Of a stretch of 64,000 nucleotides of DNA, positions 1 through 9,084 are shown in pieces. The stretch lies in NCBI GenBank assembly GCA_021787205.1, contig JAJYME010000004.1, positions 39,063 to 103,062 of the forward strand, read 5' to 3'. The translations under genes were made by a program, and so were the position numbers. Within the stretch, counting starts at the first letter, position 1; each line of letters starts with the position of its first letter. The DNA comes from a bacterium (lineage in GTDB: Bacteria > Patescibacteriota > Minisyncoccia > UBA6257 > Colwellbacteraceae). The notes under the pieces are model-generated. The model was not told where the DNA came from, made no database searches, and worked only from the letters and a program-made list of their open reading frames with translations.

Positions 1-1
1 C

Positions 2-853
2 AAAATATCGAGAGCCGACGTTGTTGCCGCGGCTGGAAAGGCCGAGACCATGTGGGAAGCGGGTCTGGCTGAAAACGCCTACGAGAACTCGGAAGATGGC
101 ACCGGATTGCCCATAAACTTGATTTACGACGAGAGGCAGGCGGAGACCGATTATTTGAACAAACAATTTACCGATCTCACCGATAAGAAGGTCAAATACG
201 ATTATTTGAGGAGGGAGTATGACTCACTGGTCTCAAATATGAATGCCTCAAAGGACAGCTTTGAAAGTTTAAGGAACCTCTATGAGAGTTTTTTGACAAA
301 ATTCAATATCAAGAAAGCCCAGTTTGAAAAAGATAAGAGGATTTATGATGAAAGAGTAGCTGACTGGAATTCGAGAGGGGTGATAACGGAGGAAGAATAC
401 AAATCTTTGCAAGAAGAGGGAACCAGATTAAGGTCGGTTGCCGCCGACTTGAACGCGGACTTCGAGGATCTCAAGAATATCTACAGCCAGTTGGAGGCGG
501 CGAAGGACAGTTTTAACATGGTGATCGGAAAAGTAAACGCGGTTGCTGAACTGGTCAACAAGACGGCGGAATCCTTGAACGAGCGAGTGGTGGAGTACAA
601 CCATCTTTCCGAAGGAAGAGATGAGTTTGTGACTGGGTATTACAAACAATCGCCGACGGAAAAGCAAATAGACATCTTCCAATTCGGATCGAAGGAGGAG
701 CTGGTCTTGATAATCGCCCACGAGCTTGGGCATGCATTAGGCATGGGGCATGCGACAACATCAGAATCGATAATGTATCCAAAGACAACGGATAAGGTGA
801 AGAGCGCCTCGGCCGAAGACTTGAGGCTTCTGAGAGAGGCTTGCGCCATGTAG
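2..853 (+). CDS. Matrixin/M10-like zinc metalloprotease with long coiled coil; 5' end probably truncated by the window edge
   Basis: HELGHALGMGH zinc motif plus Met-turn SIMYP; frame is open from position 2. Confidence 0.85.
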   Translation, partial: KISRADVVAAAGKAETMWEAGLAENAYENSEDGTGLPINLIYDERQAETDYLNKQFTDLTDKKVKYDYLRREYDSLVSNMNASKDSFESLRNLYESFLTKFNIKKAQFEKDKRIYDERVADWNSRGVITEEEYKSLQEEGTRLRSVAADLNADFEDLKNIYSQLEAAKDSFNMVIGKVNAVAELVNKTAESLNERVVEYNHLSEGRDEFVTGYYKQSPTEKQIDIFQFGSKEELVLIIAHELGHALGMGHATTSESIMYPKTTDKVKSASAEDLRLLREACAM

Positions 854-921
854 AGAAAGACGGTTATCAACCGTCTTTTCGCTTTTGTGAATAAGGCGCC
901 TGTGCTATAATTTTCTTAATT

Positions 922-1548
922 ATGAGACTGGCAAAAATCGCCGGACAATCTTTGGTAGAAATCCTGATCGCGGTCGGGGTTTCATCATTGATTATCGGCT
1001 CAGTAGTCACAACATACATCGCTTCGCTTAATTCGAATGCCAATGCGAGAATAAACGCGGTGGCTACTCAGTTGGCTCAGGAGACATATGACAACGTAAA
1101 GGCGATGTCCGAAGCTGATTGGAACAGCGTCTATCTAAAGAGCAAAGCAACCAATTACTATCTCCAGCTTAACGGTGTCGGATCTTTCGATATCATTGCC
1201 GGTACTGAAAATATCGCCGCGGGAGGAACGAATTATACCAGGGCTTTTACTTTGCAAAACGTCTCGAGGAGCTTGGGGGGCGACCTAGTCACCTCAGGAA
1301 TGGGTCCTGACGATCCCTCTACCCAACTAGTCATGGTGACGGTGGGTTGGACAATCGGAGGCAAACCTGGGACCACAACTGTCGGCGGCTATATCTCAAG
1401 AGTAAAAAATACATCTTTGAAGATTACGACCTGGAATGGGGGATCGGGAAGCGAAGGGCCGTTCGTCGGACAGACAAATACTTTCTCGGCATCCTCGAAC
1501 GTCGACTGGAGCACTTTGCCGGGAACTCTGAAAGTTTTAAATTTTTAA
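922..1548 (+). CDS. Prepilin-like (minor type IV pilin) protein
   Basis: N-terminus AG|QSLVEILIAVGV resembles a class III signal peptide with E5; lies in a pilus-like cluster. Confidence 0.75.
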   Translation: MRLAKIAGQSLVEILIAVGVSSLIIGSVVTTYIASLNSNANARINAVATQLAQETYDNVKAMSEADWNSVYLKSKATNYYLQLNGVGSFDIIAGTENIAAGGTNYTRAFTLQNVSRSLGGDLVTSGMGPDDPSTQLVMVTVGWTIGGKPGTTTVGGYISRVKNTSLKITTWNGGSGSEGPFVGQTNTFSASSNVDWSTLPGTLKVLNF

Positions 1549-1561
1549 CAAGACTAACAAG

Positions 1562-2539
1562 ATGCTTTTTGAAAAAAAGAAAACGATATTATCTGCAGCG
1601 ATATGCCTGGTGTTATTCATGTCTGGTTTTATGATTGCCAGGGCGGCGCCCACCTTTCCGGTCAGCTCCACCTATCCGGAATACTACGCCTGGAATGACG
1701 CTATTGGCTGGATCAATTTCCTGGCTTCCGGAACTGTCGATGTGAGGACGGACGGTCTTCAGGGCTATGCCACTTTTGGCGCTGACGCTACGCCTAATTT
1801 TATCTCCCTTAACTGTTCGACCGGTCCGGCAGGATCAAGCTGTTCGCCGGTGAGTTATGGGGTTTCTAATGATGGGCTGGGAAATCTAGCCGGTTGGGCT
1901 TGGTCTGATGCCTTCGGCTGGATAAGCTTCAGTTGCAAAAATCCTGAAACCGGAGGAACGGCGCCCGATTACAGCTGCACACAGTCCAACTACGGCGTAA
2001 AAATAGATGTTAATGGCAATTTTTCAGGATATGCCTGGAATGATGTCGTCGGCTGGATAAGCTTCAATTGCAACCAATCTACGGGAAACAGCTGCGCAAC
2101 GGTAAATTACAAATTGAAGAGCGCCTGGCTCGCCGGTCCGGCATCCGGGGATTTGATTTCGGGGACGTTCGATACCCAGACGACTACCGGAGTCGCTTTC
2201 AATTACATCCTTTGGAGAGGAAGCCTGAATAATGGAAAGGTTTCTTTCCAATTTGCGACCTCGAACTGCGCCAATGGAGCAACGGACGCGCCAACCTGCG
2301 CGACGAACGTCGGTTGGGGCGGATCGAAAACGAGCGGCGACGGCGCTTTTCTGGGGCCGGGGGGAACCACGGCTAAAACCGATACTTATACAGCGGGACC
2401 AGAAGTTCCGATGCAGATCCAGAACCAGGCTACCCATTACAACAAAAGATATTTCAGATACAGGATTTATGTCGAAACTTCAGCCGACCACTCAGGGACG
2501 GCGGTAGTCGATGACGTAGTCGTAAACTGGTCACCATGA
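1562..2539 (+). CDS. Secreted Cys-containing protein with three AW(N/S)DxxGWI(S/N)F repeats
   Basis: Signal peptide; repeats YAWNDAIGWINF, WAWSDAFGWISF, YAWNDVVGWISF. Confidence 0.75.
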   Translation: MLFEKKKTILSAAICLVLFMSGFMIARAAPTFPVSSTYPEYYAWNDAIGWINFLASGTVDVRTDGLQGYATFGADATPNFISLNCSTGPAGSSCSPVSYGVSNDGLGNLAGWAWSDAFGWISFSCKNPETGGTAPDYSCTQSNYGVKIDVNGNFSGYAWNDVVGWISFNCNQSTGNSCATVNYKLKSAWLAGPASGDLISGTFDTQTTTGVAFNYILWRGSLNNGKVSFQFATSNCANGATDAPTCATNVGWGGSKTSGDGAFLGPGGTTAKTDTYTAGPEVPMQIQNQATHYNKRYFRYRIYVETSADHSGTAVVDDVVVNWSP

Positions 2540-2540
2540 A

Positions 2541-2569
2541 CAAAGGCATCTCCATCGGAGATGCCTTTG
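2541..2569 (+). terminator. Intergenic hairpin, probable terminator
   Basis: CAAAGGCATCTCC-atc-GGAGATGCCTTTG inverted repeat right after a stop codon. Confidence 0.6.
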
Positions 2570-2602
2570 CATATTTTGTGAAATTATGAGTTATGTTATA
2601 AT

Positions 2603-3061
2603 TTGATCAGATTGAGAAGGGGAGATATCAAAAATATAAAAGGCATAGCGGCGTTGCCGGTAATCCTTCTGATTTCGGCAATCGTCATCGAGCTTGTGGT
2701 GGCGGGAGCCTTTTTAGCTTTTTCTTTTTCAACCGGCAGCTTCGGAACCCAACTTTCCGCAGAAGCGTTCTTCGGAGCCAGAGCGGGGGCGGATGATGCG
2801 ATGTACCGGATCATAAAAGGCAATTACTCGCCATCTTATAATTTTAACTTGCAGATAGGAACCAGGACTGTGACTTCGACGATAACAGTCGAACAGGATC
2901 CGGTAGACTTAGGTTCATGTTCGGTCAGCTGGGGATGCCATTATAGAATCAGATCGACCGGAAAGTCCTTCATCAGAGAAAGGAAAGTCGAGCTGATACT
3001 ATCCGTCAATCCAACGACCAGGGAAATAAAAAAAGAATCTTTTAGAGAAATAGAACTATGA
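2603..3061 (+). CDS. PilX-like minor pilin
   Basis: KG|IAALPVILLISAIV hydrophobic N-terminus, AFFGARAGADDAMYRI PilX-like helix; upstream of pilM; TTG start uncertain (2603 or 2612). Confidence 0.65.
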   Translation: MIRLRRGDIKNIKGIAALPVILLISAIVIELVVAGAFLAFSFSTGSFGTQLSAEAFFGARAGADDAMYRIIKGNYSPSYNFNLQIGTRTVTSTITVEQDPVDLGSCSVSWGCHYRIRSTGKSFIRERKVELILSVNPTTREIKKESFREIEL

Positions 3062-4638
3062 AACTTTTTGAAAAAAAAGAAAAAAATCCAGGGGAGACCA
3101 ACCCCAAGATCAGTCTTGATGGTGTCAATCCGACTGCGATAAGCAAAACACTCAACCAGCTTTTTAAGACTGTCTTTCCCATTTCCTTACCGGGAGGACT
3201 GTCTGTCTCCGATTCTGGGTTCTATTACTCCCTTTTTGATGAGAACGGGAAGTTGGTCAGGGGCATAGCCCTAAAGACTCCGACGGGGGCCGTCGAGAAG
3301 GGCAGGATAAAGAACAACCAAGCCGTCGTTTCGGTTCTTAAGGAATTGGGAAGGATGGCGGGGATAGAATTTGGAAAAACTTCAGTAATATTATCCATCC
3401 CGGACAACCTGGTTTACTCCCAAGTAATGACCATTCCCGAGACCGCGGAAGCGGACTTAAAGGAAACGATAGAGCTGAATATAAAGACCATCTCGCCGAT
3501 GGATCTTACGAAAGCTTACTATGATTACGAAATCATAGGTCAGGCTGATACCGGTTTCGGGAAAGATATCCTGGTCTCATTCATCCAATCGGAGATGTCT
3601 GATGAATGGTCCCACGCTCTTAAAGAAGCCGGATTTGTTCCAGTGGCGGTCGAATTCAGCAGCTTCTCCTTAGCGAGAATGGCTGAGGGAATCGTCAAAC
3701 CGGACGAACTGGCGATGGTAATAGACATTTCGGTCGGAGGAATAAGCCAGATAGTTCTTAAGAACAGGAAAATGGCTTTTGACTATCTCGTTCCCTGGAC
3801 AACGATACAAGGAGCCGAAGAGAGAATCTCTTTTGACAGGATGAAGGAGGCTTTGTTTTCGGAAATAAACAAGGTTATTAATTTTTCCATCGGCAAATTC
3901 GGAGGAGAAATAAAAACCCTCATATTAAATTCGGCGGGAATGGTGGACGAGCTTCTGGCTGCTTTGAGCAGCGCCTTCCCGAAGCTTAAAATAATCAGAC
4001 TCGATCTTCCTGGTGGAAAAACGGCGGATTTTGCCGTTTCTATCGGGGCGGCTAAGAGAGGGGTCATCCCGAGGTCAAAGGACGAGATGATAGCTTTGAA
4101 CTCAGTAGTTGTCATAAAAGAGTTTGAAGAAATAAGAATGCTTTTAGCCATGCAATATTGGAGAAGGTTCGCCTTGGCGATGATGTCTTTCATATTGCTT
4201 ACGATAAGCGCCGGGGACTTGTTGGTAAATAAGTTCTTGTACATACCGGAACCGCCGGTAGATGTTTCTCAGACGGAGACGGTTGAATATAATAGGCTCA
4301 AAGCAAAGGCGGCTGAATTCAACTCACTTGTTTCTTCTATCTATTCCATCCGTTCCGAAGAGAACAAGATTACTGATTTCATTAATATGCTTAATGCGAC
4401 TTCGGGATCAGACATCCGTCTCACGAAGATCGCCTATCAGGGTCCAACCCAACCGGTGGTGATAAACGGGGTCGCCCCTTCCACCTCGGTGGTAAGCAAC
4501 TTCCAAACGCAGTTATCCAAAGTGAGCGGCATTTCAAACATTGATTTCCCGTTGGCGTCGGTCCAAGTCCTGCCATCGGGGGAGACGAGTTTCATCATGT
4601 CTTTCTCAGCGGTATTGGAAACATTCAACGCAAAATAA
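3058..4638 (+). CDS. pilM: PilM (actin-like) fused to a transmembrane helix and PilN-like domain
   Basis: PilM-like N-terminal part (G.VEKGRI, LKEAGFVPVAVE, MVIDIS), one TM helix, C-terminal VVINGVA...F...L PilN-like segment. Confidence 0.7.
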   Translation: MKLFEKKEKNPGETNPKISLDGVNPTAISKTLNQLFKTVFPISLPGGLSVSDSGFYYSLFDENGKLVRGIALKTPTGAVEKGRIKNNQAVVSVLKELGRMAGIEFGKTSVILSIPDNLVYSQVMTIPETAEADLKETIELNIKTISPMDLTKAYYDYEIIGQADTGFGKDILVSFIQSEMSDEWSHALKEAGFVPVAVEFSSFSLARMAEGIVKPDELAMVIDISVGGISQIVLKNRKMAFDYLVPWTTIQGAEERISFDRMKEALFSEINKVINFSIGKFGGEIKTLILNSAGMVDELLAALSSAFPKLKIIRLDLPGGKTADFAVSIGAAKRGVIPRSKDEMIALNSVVVIKEFEEIRMLLAMQYWRRFALAMMSFILLTISAGDLLVNKFLYIPEPPVDVSQTETVEYNRLKAKAAEFNSLVSSIYSIRSEENKITDFINMLNATSGSDIRLTKIAYQGPTQPVVINGVAPSTSVVSNFQTQLSKVSGISNIDFPLASVQVLPSGETSFIMSFSAVLETFNAK

Positions 4639-4670
4639 AGATCGGCGTCATTCAGACGCCGATCTTTATT
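4634..4670. terminator. Bidirectional intrinsic terminator between convergent genes
   Basis: AATAAAGATCGGCGTC-attca-GACGCCGATCTTTATT. Confidence 0.75.
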
Positions 4671-5217
4671 TAATTTCTTTCCCGATCTGATCGATGACCC
4701 CCGATATCTTTTCCAGATCGTCTTTCGCTATCTTATCAAGGACGAAGTCTCCGGCTTTCAGCCTTTTCTCATTGCGAATGGCTGATTGCCCTCTGACACC
4801 TATTTTGATTCTTCTGAAATCATCGGAGCCAAGATGTTCGATGATTGACTTGATACCATTATGGCCACCCGAGGAGCCGCTCTTTGACGATTTCCATTTG
4901 CCGGCTTCTATGTCGGAATCATCGTGAATGACAATGAGATTTTCGATTCCGGCGTCAAAGTAATCGAGAGCCGATCTGACTGGATTCCCGGATTCGTTCA
5001 TAAAAGTTTCGGGAATGATAAAGATGATACTTCCCGCTTTAAGATATTTGAAGGGTTTTTTGCTTGGGGCGATAAAATCATCAAGTTTGGCGCCGGCGAT
5101 CCTAAAGACAGCGAGCCTGCCGACGTTGTGATAAGTGTTTTCATACTGGGTTCCGGGATTGCCCAGTCCGACTACGATTTTTACATCATCCTGCTTGCTT
5201 ATCTGAGAAGTAATCAT
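4666..5217 (-). CDS. pth: Peptidyl-tRNA hydrolase
   Basis: VVGLGNPG, HNVG, FMNESG, VIHDD, GGHNGIKSI motifs. Confidence 0.95.
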   Translation of the reverse strand: MITSQISKQDDVKIVVGLGNPGTQYENTYHNVGRLAVFRIAGAKLDDFIAPSKKPFKYLKAGSIIFIIPETFMNESGNPVRSALDYFDAGIENLIVIHDDSDIEAGKWKSSKSGSSGGHNGIKSIIEHLGSDDFRRIKIGVRGQSAIRNEKRLKAGDFVLDKIAKDDLEKISGVIDQIGKEIK

Positions 5218-5260
5218 TACTATATAGATTAATACAAATAAATTTAATTTAGCAACTTAT

Positions 5261-5800
5261 ATGAATAAAAAGTTAAAGTCGGCTCTTATAGAAGTCGTCA
5301 GCATCATAGGAGTCGTATTTGTCCCTTTTATTATAATCCATCAGTTTGTCGCCAGACCTTTCTTGGTATCCGGAGCCAGCATGGAGCCTAATTTCAAGAA
5401 CGGAAATTATCTGATAGTCGACCTGGTTTCCTATCATTTGGGAGGATTAAAGGCGGGAGATGTGGTGATTTTCAAATATCCCGGAGATCTTTCCACCTAT
5501 TACATCAAGAGAGTCATCGCCTTGCCCGGAGATACGGTCAAGTTTTCCGGAGGGAAGACTTACGTCAACGGCAAAGAGCTCGATGAGGAATATTTGCCCA
5601 AAACGACTGACACTGAGTCGGTAAAGCGGGAGTTTGTTCTCCAAAAGGATGAATACTTTGTCATGGGAGACAACAGGGGCGCGAGTTATGACTCGAGGAG
5701 CTGGGGTCCGCTGCCAAAGGAAGATGTCATAGGGATAGTAAAGGTGAGAGTCTGGCCGCCGTTTGAAATATACAGAAATATAAACGATAATAAACAGTAA
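5261..5800 (+). CDS. lepB: Signal peptidase I
   Basis: SGASMEP, YIKRVIALPGD, FVMGDNR..SYDSR motifs. Confidence 0.95.
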   Translation: MNKKLKSALIEVVSIIGVVFVPFIIIHQFVARPFLVSGASMEPNFKNGNYLIVDLVSYHLGGLKAGDVVIFKYPGDLSTYYIKRVIALPGDTVKFSGGKTYVNGKELDEEYLPKTTDTESVKREFVLQKDEYFVMGDNRGASYDSRSWGPLPKEDVIGIVKVRVWPPFEIYRNINDNKQ

Positions 5801-5809
5801 AATAAAGAT

Positions 5810-7150
5810 ATGGAAAACAACGCGAGCAAAAACCAGGAGAAGGAAGCGGTGAAAAGCTCTCCGCTTCAAGCTCCAAAAGGGATGAGGGATATTTTACCTG
5901 AAGATTCGATTTATTGGGATAAGATATTCGAGATTGCCAAAGACACGGCTGATTTTTACGGCTTTGGACATATCGATACTCCTATTTTGGAATACACTGA
6001 CCTGTTTTCTCGCGGAGTCGGCAGCGGAACCGATATAGTAGAAAAAGAAATGTACGCCTTCAGGACGAAAGGAGGGGACAACGTCGCCTTAAGGCCTGAA
6101 TTTACCGCTGGCGTGATGAGATCTTTTATTGAGAATGGCATGAGCAGATTTCCCCAGCCAGTAAAGCTTTGGTATTTCGGGCCCACTTTCAGATATGAGA
6201 ATCCGCAAGCCGGGAGATACAGACAGTTTTATCAGATGGGCTTGGAAATCTTGGGAGGGGAGACTGATCCGGTCTATGACGCCCAAGTAATCGTAGCTTC
6301 GATAAGATTGTTCGAGGATTTGAAATTAAAAGACATCATTGTCCAGATTAATAGCATTGGCTGTCACACTTGTCGCGCCCAGTATCGCAAAAAACTCCAG
6401 GATTTTTATAAAAAAGAGATCGAGGCGGCAGAAAGAAGGAGAACGAGGGTTGTCTGCAGAGATTGTGAGAGAAGAGTTGATATAAATGTCTTGAGGCTCT
6501 TGGATTGCAAAGAAGACCTTTGCCAAGACATCAAATCACGCGCCCCAAGCATTCTGGACTCGTTGTGTTCGAATTGCAGGGATCACTTCAAGTCGGTTCT
6601 GGAATTCTTGGATGAAGTCGGGATCAGATATGAACTCAATACCTTCTTGGTGAGGGGATTGGATTATTACAATCGCACCGTCTTTGAATTCGTGGATGCC
6701 AATTATGGAATGGCTCTGGGAGGCGGCGGCCGATATGATTATCTGGCGGAGATCTTGGACAACAAGAGTTCTGTTCCAGCCATCGGTATGGCCTTGGGAA
6801 TCGATCGAATCGCCAATCTTTTGAAAGAAAAACAGATAGGGGTTCCCAATAGGAAAAAAGAAAAAGTTTTCGTCATTCACATCGGCGAAATCGCCAAGAG
6901 GAAGACTTTTGCTCTTATGGAGGAATTGAAGCGAAACCGAATCGCGGCTTCCGAAGCTTTCGGCAAAGATTCGCTTCAAGCGCAAATGAGGGTGGCGGAT
7001 AAGGAAGAAGCCAAGATGGCGCTTATAATCGGCCAAAAGGAAGTCTACGAAGAGGCGACGATCATAAGGGATATGAAAACGGGGATCCAGGAGACTGTTC
7101 CGAATTCAAAACTGATCGAGGAGATCAAGAAGAGACTCCATAAACAATAG
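5810..7150 (+). CDS. hisS: Histidine--tRNA ligase
   Basis: PKGMRD, LRPEFT, FRYENPQAGRYRQF, LVRGLDYY, GGGRYD motifs. Confidence 0.97.
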   Translation: MENNASKNQEKEAVKSSPLQAPKGMRDILPEDSIYWDKIFEIAKDTADFYGFGHIDTPILEYTDLFSRGVGSGTDIVEKEMYAFRTKGGDNVALRPEFTAGVMRSFIENGMSRFPQPVKLWYFGPTFRYENPQAGRYRQFYQMGLEILGGETDPVYDAQVIVASIRLFEDLKLKDIIVQINSIGCHTCRAQYRKKLQDFYKKEIEAAERRRTRVVCRDCERRVDINVLRLLDCKEDLCQDIKSRAPSILDSLCSNCRDHFKSVLEFLDEVGIRYELNTFLVRGLDYYNRTVFEFVDANYGMALGGGGRYDYLAEILDNKSSVPAIGMALGIDRIANLLKEKQIGVPNRKKEKVFVIHIGEIAKRKTFALMEELKRNRIAASEAFGKDSLQAQMRVADKEEAKMALIIGQKEVYEEATIIRDMKTGIQETVPNSKLIEEIKKRLHKQ

Positions 7151-7226
7151 GTTTTGGCCGGTTACCGGCCCGTTAAATAAAAACGGCACATTAGGTGCCG
7201 TTTTTATTTTTTGTTATAATTGGGAC

Positions 7227-7637
7227 ATGGATTGTTTGTTTTGCAAGATAGCCAGCAAGGAAATACCATCCGAGTTGGTTTATGAGGATGAGAACAGTTT
7301 TGCTTTTTTGGATATCGCCCCGATGTCAAAGGGCCACACGGTCGTAATTCCCAAAAAACACGCGGAAAATATGATTGATTTGCCGATGGAGGAGGTAGGT
7401 CCGCTCTTCACCGCGGTCAAAAAAGTAACCGAGTTGCTTCAAGAAAAGCTCTCGCCAAAAGGGTTTACAATTGGCATAAATCATGGTAGAGTTGGAGGGC
7501 AACTTGTAGATCATCTTCATATACACGTTATCCCCCGATATGAGGGAGATGGCGGCGGTTCGCTTCATTCGGTGGTTAAAAATCCGCCAAAAGAAAGCGT
7601 TTCCGAGATAAGAAAGGAGATTGTCGGGTCGAATTAA
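7227..7637 (+). CDS. HIT family hydrolase
   Basis: CLFCKI N-terminus and HLHIHVIP triad. Confidence 0.92.
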   Translation: MDCLFCKIASKEIPSELVYEDENSFAFLDIAPMSKGHTVVIPKKHAENMIDLPMEEVGPLFTAVKKVTELLQEKLSPKGFTIGINHGRVGGQLVDHLHIHVIPRYEGDGGGSLHSVVKNPPKESVSEIRKEIVGSN

Positions 7638-7669
7638 CAAATCAACAAGCTTTAATTTAAGAATCATTT

Positions 7670-7885
7670 ATGGCTATTAGCGTCAAAAAGAAGGAAAACG
7701 AATCTGCCGGCTCTTTGATTTTCCGTTTTACAAAGAAGGTCCAGACCAGCGGCGTTCTCTTGGAATCAAAGAAAAGGAGATTCTCAAAGAGAGTTCCCAA
7801 CCTTCGCTCTCGTCATGACTCAGCTCTTCACAGGATTGCGAAGCGCGCCGAGTACGACAAGATGAAAAAAGAAGGAGTCCTTTAA
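7670..7885 (+). CDS. rpsU: 30S ribosomal protein S21 (divergent)
   Basis: Small basic protein, ENES..LI.RF.KKV..SG.L pattern; upstream of yqeY as in the usual rpsU-yqeY order. Confidence 0.8.
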   Translation: MAISVKKKENESAGSLIFRFTKKVQTSGVLLESKKRRFSKRVPNLRSRHDSALHRIAKRAEYDKMKKEGVL

Positions 7886-7995
7886 GCGGAACATTTCCTC
7901 TTTATTCACTTGATGAATAAAGTAATGCATCCGATGGGACAAGGATATGGTCCTGATCCCGTTTTCATTTTTATTTTTAAATTTACTATTAAGTT

Positions 7996-8433
7996 ATGTC
8001 TATTAAAGAACAATTGGACGCTGACTTAAAAACCGCTATGAAAAGCGCCGACTCTTTTAGCGTCGGCGTTTTGCGATTAATAAAGTCCGCTATCCAGAAT
8101 GAAACCATCGCCAAATACGGCACTTCCGGCACCTTGAATGACGCCGAAATGCTTGCCGTGTTGAAGAGGGAGGCGAAGAAGAGAAAAGAATCAATCGAAG
8201 TTTATTCCGCCTCCGGAAGAGAAGATCTCGCCGAAGGAGAAAGGAAGGAGTTGGAATTGCTTTCCAAATATCTCCCCGCTGAAGTTCCCGCTGAGGAAAT
8301 CGAGAAGGTTGTCAAAGAGGTCATTGCCTCCGGGGCGACCGAATTTTCAACCGTAATGAAAGAGGTTATGGCTCGTTTTAACGGAGCCGCCGATGGAAAG
8401 GCAGTCTCTGAAATCGTCAAGAAATCCTTATAA
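7996..8433 (+). CDS. GatB/YqeY domain protein
   Basis: LKTAMK, KKRKESIE.Y...GREDLA, YLP, ADGK.VS motifs. Confidence 0.92.
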   Translation: MSIKEQLDADLKTAMKSADSFSVGVLRLIKSAIQNETIAKYGTSGTLNDAEMLAVLKREAKKRKESIEVYSASGREDLAEGERKELELLSKYLPAEVPAEEIEKVVKEVIASGATEFSTVMKEVMARFNGAADGKAVSEIVKKSL

Positions 8434-8813
8434 TGCAAGATTATAAAAAGACAATCGAAAAGGTCTTGGAGAAAGCGCTCGAATCTTTAGGGATATCGGG
8501 CGCTTCTTTGGAGGTCTATTTGATCGATGATGAGGCAATGCGCCAACTGAACCTCCAAACCAGGGGGAAGGACAATCCGACGAATGTCCTTTCGTTCGAA
8601 TATCCCGATATGCCAAGGCCGGATATTCCGGACTACAAGTATTTGGGAGAAATATATTTGGCGCCTAATTTTATCGATGAGAATAATCAAATGATCGAAC
8701 GGTTGGCGGTCCATGGGCTCTTACATCTTTTGGGATATGACCATATCAAACCTGAAGATGAAAAAATAATGGATCCCATCGAGGATGCCCTGTTTGAAAA
8801 AATGAAAATATAG
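8433..8813 (+). CDS. ybeY: rRNA maturation endoribonuclease YbeY
   Basis: RGKD.PTNVLSF and HGLLHLLGYDH motifs. Confidence 0.95.
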   Translation: MQDYKKTIEKVLEKALESLGISGASLEVYLIDDEAMRQLNLQTRGKDNPTNVLSFEYPDMPRPDIPDYKYLGEIYLAPNFIDENNQMIERLAVHGLLHLLGYDHIKPEDEKIMDPIEDALFEKMKI

Positions 8814-8847
8814 GATTCCGAAAACCTTATTATCTTAATAAAAAAAG

Positions 8848-8988
8848 ATGACGGTAAAATCTTACAGAAAGAACAAATTGAATTCAAAATACGCCCAAGC
8901 TGACAACAAACCGACAAAGCCCGGCCCCTCGGGAAAAAAGAAGGCAAAAAGGGGGTTGCCGAGCCTGGAATTGCCGATCAAGCCTTAG
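8848..8988 (+). CDS. Putative 46-aa lysine-rich small protein (absent from ORF track)
   Basis: ATG 8848 to TAG 8988, MTVKSYRKNKLNSKYAQADNKPTKPGPSGKKKAKRGLPSLELPIKP; fills the gap and is followed by a terminator at 8997-9020. Confidence 0.45.
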   Translation: MTVKSYRKNKLNSKYAQADNKPTKPGPSGKKKAKRGLPSLELPIKP

Positions 8989-9084
8989 AAAAGACGAATC
9001 CCGCAGGAATGCGGGATTTTTGCGCTAAAACCTTTCAATAAATGAGGAAAAGTGATATTATGGTGAAAACGAGGCAAAGCACAA

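Noticed and set aside
6355-6585. Cys-rich insertion in HisRS as a novelty
   Set aside because: Cys-containing insertion domains are common in bacterial HisRS.
7890-7965. Small RNA between rpsU and yqeY
   Set aside because: Two modest hairpins only; no recognisable family or separate promoter.
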